A DNA stretch of 21,312 bases from Sedimentisphaerales bacterium (GTDB lineage: Bacteria; Planctomycetota; Phycisphaerae; Sedimentisphaerales; SM23-30). Positions 1 through 9,185 of this stretch are shown here, in pieces. The stretch covers positions 1-21,312 of the forward strand of contig CAXXMR010000035.1 in assembly GCA_963663805.2 (NCBI GenBank), written 5' to 3'. The translations under genes and the position numbers were made by a program. The notes under the pieces are model-generated. The model searched no databases, was not told the DNA's origin, and worked only from the letters and a program-made list of their open reading frames with translations. Position 1 is the first letter of the stretch; each line of letters opens with the position of its first letter.

Positions 1-23
1 GGAAACTGAAGGTGAAGAGCTGA

Positions 24-617
24 TCTCCGCGACGGAGATCGCCGCCAAGCTCAACGGTTATCAGCGCCATCCTGCCGCAAGAGCCGCCCTGCCTCAGATG
101 CCTGCTCCCAACACCCGCCGAAACCAACAAAATGGAAACTTGCGAAACCGCCGGAATAATTGAACCCGCCGTAGCATTCGTAGCGGCAATACAAACCACT
201 TAGGCCCTCAAAATACTCACCGACAACCTCGACACACTCAACCGCAACTTCATCAGCTACGACCTCTGGCAGAACCGCTACCACGAAACCCCACTCGACA
301 ATCTCAAAGAAGGATGCCCCTGCTGCCGCGACCACAATTTTGAATTCCTCGCCGGCAAGGATTCACTCGGCACCGCGAGCCTATGCGGCCGACAATCCGT
401 ACAAGTTAGACCCCGCAACCCCGGCCCCAAACTCAACCTCGAAAAACTCGCCCTGAGACTCTCCTCCGCAGGCTATATCACCGTCAACAAGTTTATGCTG
501 AAACTGGAAACACCCAGCCATCACATAACTATCTTCCCCGACGCCCGAGCCATAATAAAAGGTACCAGCGACATAAACCTCGCCCGAACCCTCTACGCCC
601 GCTTCGTCGGCAACTAA
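24..617 (+). pseudogene. ThiF/MoeB-family adenylyltransferase, C-terminal half only, with in-frame TAG at 201-203
   Basis: Manual translation (not in ORF track): AILPQEPPCLRCLL..ETCETAGII..IQTT*ALKIL..DLW..CPCC..SLCGRQSVQ..IFPDARAIIKGT..ARTLYARFVGN*. Both Zn-binding CxxC motifs and the TCETAG motif of ThiF/MoeB are present. In-frame TGA at 21-23 upstream. Confidence 0.85.
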
Positions 618-620
618 TCT

Positions 621-1115
621 TCAAACCATAGTCAGCTCAAACAGCTCACCCTCTGCCATATCCCGGGTCTTAACGCTCAATGATTCCAACTGCTCCACAG
701 GACGCGAACGGATGCTCGCCAGATATTCAGCGTCAGGCTTCATCCGCAAAATACCCCCTTCACCATCTTTACGCCAGGCAATCACCTCTATCAATTCCAG
801 CGAAGCAGCCTCGGCCAAACGAATATCAAGACGCCCGATACTATTGCCGGTACCAATCACAACCCCGTCAGCCAAACACGAAAAAGGGGTGCGCATCGGA
901 ATATAGCACACAATATCCAAATCATGATAACCCCACTGGCTGCCAAATTCACGCAATGCCGCCTGTCCCATCCGATACCCCAAAACATTCCACGGCCCCA
1001 CATGACCATGAGACCGCTTAACTTCCTGCCACCAGTTCACCGGAGCCTGCCCTTGATTCCACGGACTCGCTCCACCGGCCGGACCATGATGATGCCCATG
1101 TCTTGTCTCTGCCAT
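621..1115 (-). CDS. FmdE (formylmethanofuran dehydrogenase subunit E)-family putative metal-binding protein
   Basis: HGHVGPWNVLGYRMG and SCLADGV..GNSIG motifs typical of the FmdE family; His-rich N-terminus (HGHHHG); GAGGAAGG upstream of ATG. Confidence 0.75.
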   Translation of the reverse strand: MAETRHGHHHGPAGGASPWNQGQAPVNWWQEVKRSHGHVGPWNVLGYRMGQAALREFGSQWGYHDLDIVCYIPMRTPFSCLADGVVIGTGNSIGRLDIRLAEAASLELIEVIAWRKDGEGGILRMKPDAEYLASIRSRPVEQLESLSVKTRDMAEGELFELTMV

Positions 1116-1254
1116 AATGCCCTTCCTCTAAAATACTCAACACCAAAACAAGCGAAAACAGACTCGTATTGTATACTACCTTCACCCCAAACGCAAATCA
1201 CCCAACCGACCGTCAAATATCTTGCGAACACCGGGGTAAAAGCCTGAGACCACT

Positions 1255-2580
1255 TTAATAAACCAGATTCCGAAAATCCTCGACCTTATGAAACGTAATC
1301 ATATTTCCGTCATGGGCCGAATGAGCGTCTTTATTGCCGGAGCGACTCAAAATAAGCAGATCATCACCGCGAATAGCCATACTGGCATAGTGACGTGATT
1401 GCTTTTCCGACGGGCCCATAGCGACAATCCCAGCGAAGCACCAATCAATCATGTTTCGGGAGAATGAAAGCTGCAAACGCCTTCTCTCATTGTCTGAACA
1501 ACCAAACCTTTCCCCGGACAAACACTCAGCCCTGGTCATACTGTCCACCGATTGAGTACTGACAAGCCAATACAACTCGCTTACATCATCATACAAAACA
1601 AAAAATTTCATCTGGCCGCCCGGAAATGGGGTATAAACCAGCTTTTCGCCGGAAGGTGCAGTTTCAAACATGGTTTTAATGCTGCCGTCGCTCTGTTCAA
1701 CCGCCTTGACAACGGTGGCGAGGTTGGTTCGGCCGGTATTGGCACGAGAGAAAATATGAAAAGTCTTACCCGTGGGGTCATACCAGTAATGCTCGGGGTC
1801 AGTTATCTGTACAATGTTAGATTCGAGCCAGCCCGCGGGTGAAAAACCAAAGGTGCGGGATTTCCTCTGAACCGATGCCGTGTTGGGATAATAAGCCGGA
1901 TAAAAAGGAATCCCTAAAAAGCCTATGTCATGATCTTCAACCACTTCACAAAAAGGAAACTCCGAGGCATACGTCCAGGCTTCCGGCTTGAGCAGTCCGA
2001 CAGTTTTATCACCCCGTAACAGAACGGGCGTAAACTCGCTGACATCCCAACCCTTTATCTTGCTTACATCATTACGTTCAATGGCCGTATAAACGTATCT
2101 GTCCTCGTCAATAAAATTGGTGGAGGAAACATGCCAGTGTTCACCCTGAGTAATTTTATTAAACTCGGACCAAGTCACCCCATCGTCAGAAGATTTAGCT
2201 ATACCCAAATCACCCCTGCGACCAACATGACCAATAACAAAAATATCGGTACCGCCCTTAAACAGCCTCATACCGCCCAGGGGAAACTTGTCACGATAAT
2301 CCCAACTAACGCCACCATCATCGGAAGTATAAACACGAGACAAGTCTTCACGCTTTGTGGTATAGGCATTGAAAGCAATGACAATCCTTTGGGTCTTATC
2401 AACAATAACTATCGAAGGCTCGTAAACAGCCCTGACCCCGGGATCTGTAGTATTAAACACCACAGATTCACCGGCAATGAACCTGCTGCTGTCAACAGGA
2501 GTTTCAGACCAAAGCTCACCAGGAACCAGCAATACCAACAACAGAGAAATAAACGCTAAAATAGATTCTAATTTTTTCAT
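1255..2580 (-). CDS. Secreted BNR/Asp-box (sialidase-like beta-propeller) protein
   Basis: Signal peptide MKKLESILAFISLLLVLLVPG; Asp boxes YTSDDGGVSW and SSDDGVTW. Start 2580 preferred (GAGG upstream) over 2598. Confidence 0.75.
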   Translation of the reverse strand: MKKLESILAFISLLLVLLVPGELWSETPVDSSRFIAGESVVFNTTDPGVRAVYEPSIVIVDKTQRIVIAFNAYTTKREDLSRVYTSDDGGVSWDYRDKFPLGGMRLFKGGTDIFVIGHVGRRGDLGIAKSSDDGVTWSEFNKITQGEHWHVSSTNFIDEDRYVYTAIERNDVSKIKGWDVSEFTPVLLRGDKTVGLLKPEAWTYASEFPFCEVVEDHDIGFLGIPFYPAYYPNTASVQRKSRTFGFSPAGWLESNIVQITDPEHYWYDPTGKTFHIFSRANTGRTNLATVVKAVEQSDGSIKTMFETAPSGEKLVYTPFPGGQMKFFVLYDDVSELYWLVSTQSVDSMTRAECLSGERFGCSDNERRRLQLSFSRNMIDWCFAGIVAMGPSEKQSRHYASMAIRGDDLLILSRSGNKDAHSAHDGNMITFHKVEDFRNLVY

Positions 2581-2622
2581 AGTTGCCTCGTGTTTCATTA
2601 TTTGACTTAGGCCATTATTTTT

Positions 2623-4011
2623 TTACCATTGTCGCGGCTGGGCCGTTAGCAGCTTTTGCAGATGTTTTTCCAGACGGTCACGAACTTTTCGAACATCCGA
2701 TGATGTCCGGCCCGAAAAACGGTTTTTCTCAAGAGGGTCTTCTGCGATATTGAACATTCTGCCGTCGCTGTAGAGTTTCCATTGGCCATCTGAGACGGCA
2801 TAAACAAATCGTTGGGGATTATCTTGAGGAGCCTTGTATTTCCGGGAACTGTTCTCGTAGTTGCCCCAACTAAAAACTACCGGCTTGGGTTCAGCCTTTT
2901 CGCCGCTCAGCAAAGGTAAAAAACTGCGACCGTCAAGCTGAATCTCCCCCGGCACCTCAGCATCGGCAACATCACAAAGAGTAGGCAGTATATCGGTAAA
3001 ATCAACGATACCGCTGCAAACCGAAGACGGCTTGATAAGTTCGGGGCAACGCGCGATAAGCGGAACATTCAAACCCAACTCAACAGGGAAATATTTCTCG
3101 CCATGTACCATCTCATCCTTAAACTTACTCATAATATTTTTCGCTTCGCCAACATTGTCCGTACCGTTATCAGCGGCAAAAATAATCAGAGTTTCATCAT
3201 CAATACCCATCTCTTTGAGAGCACCAAGCATTTTGGCGATGATTTTATCTGCGTATTTTATACTGGGCAGAAAGTTCTCTTCTTTGCCGTGGGGTTCGCA
3301 CCATTGCTCAGGCGGCTTTTGACCAGGAGCGGGAGCTCCGGGACAATCGGGAGTGGGCTGAAAAGGACGATGCATCAACACCATACAGTAATAAGCCAGG
3401 AACGGCTTTTTTTGTTCGGTGCTGCGCTTCATAAAATCAATAAGAAAATCGCTGTGAATGTCAGGACCGTAAAGGCCGGGCTGCTCACGCTTAACCAGCT
3501 TACCGTTAAGCCAAAGCTTACCTCCCCAGAAACGGTTACCTTCACCATAGTCAAACATGCAATGCTCATCAAAACCAGCGGTTTCAATACCGGGCGGAGT
3601 GGTTTCCCAGCCGTGCAGCTGCCATTTGCCGGCAATAGCCGTATTATACCCCGCCTGCTTGACGAGGTTGGCAAAAGTGGTCTGGCTGTAATCAAACTTT
3701 TCCCAACTGGTGTAATTCCTGAAGCTGTATTTGCCGGTAAGTATTTCGTTACGAGACGGCACACAAAGCGGCGTGGAATAACAGGTGTCAAAACGCATAC
3801 CTTCATCAGCAAGACGCTTAAAAGCCGGCAAATCGTAAGATTGACCGCCATAACATTCAAACAACTCACGCCCCATATCATCAGCGAGAATAAGCAGAAT
3901 ATTGCGTTTCTTGCCTGGAGCGACACTAAAGGCTTGAGCGAGCGGGTTGGCCAATAAAATACTGCCAAAAGCCGTTGACCCAATGGTTTTGAGGAAATTA
4001 CGACGATTCAT
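2623..4011 (-). CDS. Formylglycine-dependent (S1) sulfatase, Tat-exported
   Basis: Tat motif NRRNFLK; NILLILADDMG; signature CVPSRNEILTG; GKWQLH; HRPF; ADNG; CAGGAG RBS. Confidence 0.93.
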   Translation of the reverse strand: MNRRNFLKTIGSTAFGSILLANPLAQAFSVAPGKKRNILLILADDMGRELFECYGGQSYDLPAFKRLADEGMRFDTCYSTPLCVPSRNEILTGKYSFRNYTSWEKFDYSQTTFANLVKQAGYNTAIAGKWQLHGWETTPPGIETAGFDEHCMFDYGEGNRFWGGKLWLNGKLVKREQPGLYGPDIHSDFLIDFMKRSTEQKKPFLAYYCMVLMHRPFQPTPDCPGAPAPGQKPPEQWCEPHGKEENFLPSIKYADKIIAKMLGALKEMGIDDETLIIFAADNGTDNVGEAKNIMSKFKDEMVHGEKYFPVELGLNVPLIARCPELIKPSSVCSGIVDFTDILPTLCDVADAEVPGEIQLDGRSFLPLLSGEKAEPKPVVFSWGNYENSSRKYKAPQDNPQRFVYAVSDGQWKLYSDGRMFNIAEDPLEKNRFSGRTSSDVRKVRDRLEKHLQKLLTAQPRQW

Positions 4012-4161
4012 AATAATTCTCCTGTTTCATTCATAAACACAAAAAGAACACATACGCCAGAATAATAGCAAAAATCCCCTCGTTGGGAAAGCACAAATTA
4101 TCTTGCCCGCCAATGCCATACGCAAACCACCATCAAACACCCCAACCTAAACTCAATGGGC

Positions 4162-4205
4162 AAAAAAATTGCCGACGGAAACACAAACAATGAAACCGCC
4201 GGCAA
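4162..4205 (-). terminator. Rho-independent terminator after the GH4/prepilin/secreted protein operon
   Basis: Minus strand: TTGCCGGCGG-17 nt-CCGTCGGCAA (10-bp stem with one G.U) followed by T7, about 30 nt after the stop at 4237. Confidence 0.7.
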
Positions 4206-4236
4206 CTCCAATTAAAATTAACTACCTCTAATAAAT

Positions 4237-6483
4237 TTACTGAGTCAACCAGTCACATTCCGGCAGGGTCGGATCATTGCACCAGAGCCACTGAGAGGCC
4301 ATAGCCGCAAAGTCAAACAGGTCAACCTGGCAATCTTCTGTCAGGTCGCCGGCAAGGGTAAATCCGGCATCGATAACATCCTGGCAAGTGCTGGGAGTAA
4401 AAACTGTAAGCTGCAGTTCCTTATAATCACCGACTTCGACAATTTCGTACGTTACAAAAGACGTACTAACCAAATTGCCTCCAGTATTATCAAAAATGTC
4501 TTTTTCTGAACGAATAACCGTATAAGTACCATCAACTCGATTACCAGCAACAAAGTTTACATCAAGACTGCCATTCAATGAAACATGGCCCGCGACATTA
4601 ACAGCATTACCTACCCCTAAAGCACCGTCAATTTCGAAGGTCAGTACTGAATCCTCAGCCGTGGTCATACTGCCGATATTTATAGAGGTCTGGTAACCAG
4701 TAAAGGTCAATTCGGCACCGGCGCCTAAAGCCACCACACCTTCGACATACAGAGAAGCATCACCTCCAACCTGAACATCAGCACTGCTGCCATCGCTCGA
4801 AGCCGCAATAATATTACCCGCGGAAAATGCCCCGCTGGAAATATCCAGAGTAGCGACACCGTCTTTACCAATAAAAACCATACTGGCAACGTCAACCGCA
4901 CCGCCAGTCATATTGACCTGTCCCGAACCAGTCGCGGCATTACCAATCGTAAGATTGATAAAGTCGGCATCGGCACCAGAGGCAATATCCAACGAAGCCG
5001 CGGCATCATCACCAACTACCGCAATATCAGCAGTAAGGGCAGAACTAAGAGTAACGGAACCGCTATTCCAGGTCATTCCGTTAGTACTGGCAACTGGTGA
5101 AGTAACCAGCAAAGCAGCGCCGGAACCGGAATTAATAACCTCGGCAACCCAGCCGGCAGAAGCCGCAGAGGCCGACAGTAAAACAGAACTGACATCACCC
5201 AAAACTTCTACAGGTTCCGCTCCCAACTCAGAAGAAAGATACGTTATCGGGGCAGGCGAGTTGAGTACAACAAAACTTCCCGGCACATCTGTACCAGAGG
5301 CAAACGAAACATCAACTACCGCCCCTTCTTCACAACGAACAGTGTCATCATAACTCTCAATACCCGAACCAACACCTGCAGAACCATCCAGTACAAAATT
5401 TACTGTTGATAACGGACCGGCATAGAAATCGCCGCAGCGAAGCTTCCCACCGGCACCATCAAAAGTCAGACTACCCTGACCGGCAGAACCTACACGCAGA
5501 TAATTTTCGTAGCAGGCCTCGCCACCACTGAAAACCATAGAACCAACAGCGCTTGAATTCTGACCCAGTATTGAACGATTGACATTCAAAAACCCGCCGC
5601 TAATGTCAACAGAAGCATCACCCTTGTCAGCAATAGTAAAATACTGATGGGAATTAAATTCACCACCGGTCATAATCAGTGAACCAATAGAATTTGGATC
5701 GTCCTCGGTGGCAAAAGAGACCTTCTCAGCGTTGATCATACCACCAGAAAGCTCAATCGTACCTTCACCTGTACGACCTATGACCAGAGTCCCCGCAACA
5801 TTGGCTTCGGCGGTGCCACTGTGCTGCCAGAGACAACTACCGTCATTATAATAGCCCAGGTTCAGACCGCCATCAGCATTGGTCGTACCATAATTATTCA
5901 AAATACCACCGCTCATATCAATCAATGCTTCACCATGAAGGCCACAACGCATATAAGTAGCAACTGAATAAGTACCATCGGTTATCGATACATTCGCAGA
6001 ACTGCCTGCAACCGTAGCAACATTATTACGATTAACCGTAATAGAACCTGTTCCACTAAGTTCAACTACAGCGGCACCCGTATCGCCAACGGTGAAATAC
6101 CCACCACACTCAAAATCACCGCCACTGACAGTAAAACTACCCTGAGACGTATTGTCAGTCCGGGCAATCGCTACACCATTACTAAAATAAGTCTCTCCGG
6201 CAATAATGCTCAGCTCGCCGCAACTACCCGACGGCTTACCGACATTTACATAGCGACCCACTGCACCCAGCCCGTCCAATCCTATTACGGCCTCATCGCC
6301 GTCACAGAGATTGATATCCATATCATCACCAGGCAGAATTTCCGTACAACTCAGCCAGTTACCAACATCCAGAAAATCATTATCACCCAAAGCATTGCTC
6401 CAGGTATAAGCAGTCGCCCAACCAGGCACCTGCAAACATAAAAAAGCCGCCACAAATAAACAAACCACATACCATCTCTTCAT
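4237..6483 (-). CDS. Large secreted Gly-rich beta-helix repeat protein with C-terminal dockerin-like (Phycisphaerae-type) tail
   Basis: AAGGAG RBS before ATG 6483; signal peptide MKRWYVVCLFVAAFLCLQVPGWA; many (V/I)GxxGxGx(L/V)x(I/M)SGG repeats; C-terminus CQDVIDAG..GDLTEDCQVDLFDFAAMASQWLWCNDP. Confidence 0.75.
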   Translation of the reverse strand: MKRWYVVCLFVAAFLCLQVPGWATAYTWSNALGDNDFLDVGNWLSCTEILPGDDMDINLCDGDEAVIGLDGLGAVGRYVNVGKPSGSCGELSIIAGETYFSNGVAIARTDNTSQGSFTVSGGDFECGGYFTVGDTGAAVVELSGTGSITVNRNNVATVAGSSANVSITDGTYSVATYMRCGLHGEALIDMSGGILNNYGTTNADGGLNLGYYNDGSCLWQHSGTAEANVAGTLVIGRTGEGTIELSGGMINAEKVSFATEDDPNSIGSLIMTGGEFNSHQYFTIADKGDASVDISGGFLNVNRSILGQNSSAVGSMVFSGGEACYENYLRVGSAGQGSLTFDGAGGKLRCGDFYAGPLSTVNFVLDGSAGVGSGIESYDDTVRCEEGAVVDVSFASGTDVPGSFVVLNSPAPITYLSSELGAEPVEVLGDVSSVLLSASAASAGWVAEVINSGSGAALLVTSPVASTNGMTWNSGSVTLSSALTADIAVVGDDAAASLDIASGADADFINLTIGNAATGSGQVNMTGGAVDVASMVFIGKDGVATLDISSGAFSAGNIIAASSDGSSADVQVGGDASLYVEGVVALGAGAELTFTGYQTSINIGSMTTAEDSVLTFEIDGALGVGNAVNVAGHVSLNGSLDVNFVAGNRVDGTYTVIRSEKDIFDNTGGNLVSTSFVTYEIVEVGDYKELQLTVFTPSTCQDVIDAGFTLAGDLTEDCQVDLFDFAAMASQWLWCNDPTLPECDWLTQ

Positions 6484-6535
6484 TTCGTTTCTCCTTAAAA
6501 AACAACATATTTCAACACTGAGTAATTTCAATTAC

Positions 6536-7372
6536 TCACCAGGTCAAAGGCATCAAAGAAGCACCTTTTTCATTATTTTGATCACTCGGCAAATAAACAT
6601 CTTCCAAAATTTCGTCATCCCCATCAAAAGCACGAGCCGAACCATCCTTGAACAAATATGAAGCATTGGTCTCTGCCCGCAAATCGGCATTGCCACTGGT
6701 CATCACAGAACCAGAATAAACAGTCCCCACATAATCATAACCAGCCTCGTAAGGAGTATAATGACATTTTAAACCCGGCACCCCCTGGCCATGATTGATG
6801 CGATAATAATTATTCGCAAGACCTCGATACATACGATCCATGGCCATTACTTTGACCTTCCTGCCCTTATAAAGCCAGTTCTGCTCGATCTTGACCCACC
6901 TATCCAGAGGTGCTGCCCATTGGTCATCCTTGGAGCAGTCCCGCCAATAACCAAAAATAAGATCATAGCCGCAATAAACCCGCCGGGTCCCTTCGGGAAT
7001 AACATCTAAATTAAGATCCAGCTCTTGCAGGAAAGGGCACATCAAAAAATTCAAGTCCGGCAAATAAGGCTTCCACATGGAACGAATGTCCGTACCATCG
7101 TGCCTCGAAATAATCTCAGGGTAACCCCATGCCGAAGTTGTCCCACCGGAGGCAATAGTACCCCGCTCGACACAATGTTCCGGCAACCTCCCGTTTTCAC
7201 TATCATAAGCCAGGGCTGCCAAACCCAACTGATGTAAATTCGATAAACAAACAACCTCCTTGGCTGCGCGACGCGCCTGCCCCAATGCCGGCAATAAAAT
7301 CGATACCAGCAACGCGATAATGGCAACAACAACCAAAAGTTCAACCAGCGTAAAAGCCTCTTTCCTCTGCAT
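6536..7372 (-). CDS. Prepilin-type N-terminal cleavage/methylation domain protein (DUF1559-like)
   Basis: [52 protein letters not shown], the typical planctomycete DUF1559-type N-terminus; C-terminal YLFKDGS. Confidence 0.9.
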   Translation of the reverse strand: MQRKEAFTLVELLVVVAIIALLVSILLPALGQARRAAKEVVCLSNLHQLGLAALAYDSENGRLPEHCVERGTIASGGTTSAWGYPEIISRHDGTDIRSMWKPYLPDLNFLMCPFLQELDLNLDVIPEGTRRVYCGYDLIFGYWRDCSKDDQWAAPLDRWVKIEQNWLYKGRKVKVMAMDRMYRGLANNYYRINHGQGVPGLKCHYTPYEAGYDYVGTVYSGSVMTSGNADLRAETNASYLFKDGSARAFDGDDEILEDVYLPSDQNNEKGASLMPLTW

Positions 7373-7385
7373 TACAAATTCCCTT

Positions 7386-8831
7386 TCAAGTTGTAGCCTC
7401 AATTTTACTCACATCCATCTTCTTCCCACTGCCCAGAAAATCAACGATAGAAACACGTGAACTCGAAACACTCTTTAAAGAACCACTGCTCACCTTAAAG
7501 AAATCGGGCATATAATCGCCATGAGCGACAATCATCTCATCACACATCTTCTTAATATCGTCAATGCTGAGCTCAGAGGAAGTATGAGGATCAAGCATCG
7601 CCGCCTGATAAAGAGCATCCTTGCTCCGGTTGAAATAAGCCTCCAGAACCATCAGCTGAACATTGATATTAGTGCGATTCAAAGCGGCACATTGCTCCGG
7701 CAAAGAACCCATAACCGCACCTGAAATCCCCCGACCGTCAGCATAACAAGGAACCTCGACAATAGCACTACCCGGCAAATTGCTGATAAAACCATCATTC
7801 AAAACATTGCCCCAAAAACGATAAGGCTCATCAGCCAGCAAACCATTGATAATCCCCACACAATATTCATGAGACCTGACATGACTTATCTTGTTATTGC
7901 CAACCAAATCCCCCTTCATCTTTTCCCAGTCTTTTGCCTGCTCAATACAACGACGCGGATACTCATCCAGCGGAATATTGAACTCCTCAACCAAATCCGG
8001 ATACTTGGACTTCAACCAGTAAGGAGTATACTCTGCATAATGCTCACTCGACTCGGTTATGTAATAACCAAAGTCCAGCATAACTTCCAAACGCAGCATA
8101 TTGTTGTGCTTCTCAGCACCCTTGGCCCGGGCCTTACCATTAACCTCACGGGCAAGCCTTTTGATTTCCGGATACAAATCCTTGCCATCCTCAGTAATAC
8201 TCAAAAGCCAGGCCATATGATTTATACCGGCAATCTCAGACTTGATATTACGATTCTCGTGCTCCAAACCCACAGACTTCAACAATGTCTCAACACACCA
8301 CTGAACCGAATGGCAAAGACCAACCGTCTTAATACCCGAGCCCCGCAGCAAAGCACCCGTAACCATACACAACGGATTGACATAATTCAAAAACCATGCC
8401 TCAGGACATACAGCTTCCATATCAAAGGCACAATCCAAAACCACAGGTACCGTACGCAAAGCCCGAAAAATCCCGCCAATACCAAGAGTGTCCCCTATCG
8501 TCTGCCGCAAACCATACTTTTTCGGTATCTCAAAATCCGTGATTGTGCCAGGATCATAACCCCCAACCTGAATCATATTAACTACACAATCCGCCCCCTG
8601 CAAAGCCGCACGACGATTATCAACACCACAATGAGAACTGATAATCGCCCGACCATCGTTTATATTACGATTGAGATTCTCAGCCATCGCCAGAGAATCA
8701 CCCAAACGAACCGGATCAATATCATACAAAGCAATGTGAACATCCCTGGCCGAAGGAGTCAAAAACAAATCACCAACGATATTTTTTGCAAAAATAGTGC
8801 TGCCCGCACCTAAAATAGTCACCTTTACCAT
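7386..8831 (-). CDS. melA: GH4 NAD+/Mn2+-dependent alpha-galactosidase (MelA-like)
   Basis: [69 protein letters not shown] upstream of ATG 8831. Confidence 0.9.
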   Translation of the reverse strand: MVKVTILGAGSTIFAKNIVGDLFLTPSARDVHIALYDIDPVRLGDSLAMAENLNRNINDGRAIISSHCGVDNRRAALQGADCVVNMIQVGGYDPGTITDFEIPKKYGLRQTIGDTLGIGGIFRALRTVPVVLDCAFDMEAVCPEAWFLNYVNPLCMVTGALLRGSGIKTVGLCHSVQWCVETLLKSVGLEHENRNIKSEIAGINHMAWLLSITEDGKDLYPEIKRLAREVNGKARAKGAEKHNNMLRLEVMLDFGYYITESSEHYAEYTPYWLKSKYPDLVEEFNIPLDEYPRRCIEQAKDWEKMKGDLVGNNKISHVRSHEYCVGIINGLLADEPYRFWGNVLNDGFISNLPGSAIVEVPCYADGRGISGAVMGSLPEQCAALNRTNINVQLMVLEAYFNRSKDALYQAAMLDPHTSSELSIDDIKKMCDEMIVAHGDYMPDFFKVSSGSLKSVSSSRVSIVDFLGSGKKMDVSKIEATT

Positions 8832-8910
8832 CGAAGAATCCTCAAGACTACTATTCAAAACTCTCATTACACTTGATATAGTAACAACCCCTCCAAGCCA
8901 TTTATATAGT

Positions 8911-8941
8911 TATATGGTGACAAAAACATGAAATATGTGAC
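8911..8941. promoter_or_regulatory. Putative AraC-family operator, tandem sites near the melA promoter
   Basis: TATATGGTGAC (8911-8921) and AAAAACATGAAATATGTGAC (8922-8941) end 20 bp apart; the latter recurs at 9166-9185. Confidence 0.5.
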
Positions 8942-9165
8942 TAGAAAACTGGCTAATACACCCCCCATTCTGCCCAAACAAAAATATCGACAAAAAACTT
9001 ATCCCACCTAAACCACCCGGCCATGCATCTAACCAAGACAGTTCCTGCGAAATAACCATTGAACCAGCCGCCCCAAAAAACACCCATCAATTTGAGGTTG
9101 ATCCTACTAGATAAATTTGATATTGTAATATAAATATAAATGACCCCCAACAGAGTTTTAGTAGA

Positions 9166-9185
9166 AAAAATATGGAATATGTGAC
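9166..9185. promoter_or_regulatory. Second copy of the putative AraC operator, abutting the regulator start codon
   Basis: AAAAATATGGAATATGTGAC, 18/20 identical to 8922-8941, same orientation. Confidence 0.5.

Noticed and set aside
201..203. Pyrrolysine or amber recoding in ThiF
   Set aside because: A single GAG>TAG at a conserved Glu; TAG serves as a normal stop elsewhere (AraC gene); no pyl genes seen.
3103..3957. Long + strand ORFs opposite the sulfatase and GH4 genes (also 7869-8813)
   Set aside because: Antisense shadows of well-supported genes, with no motifs.
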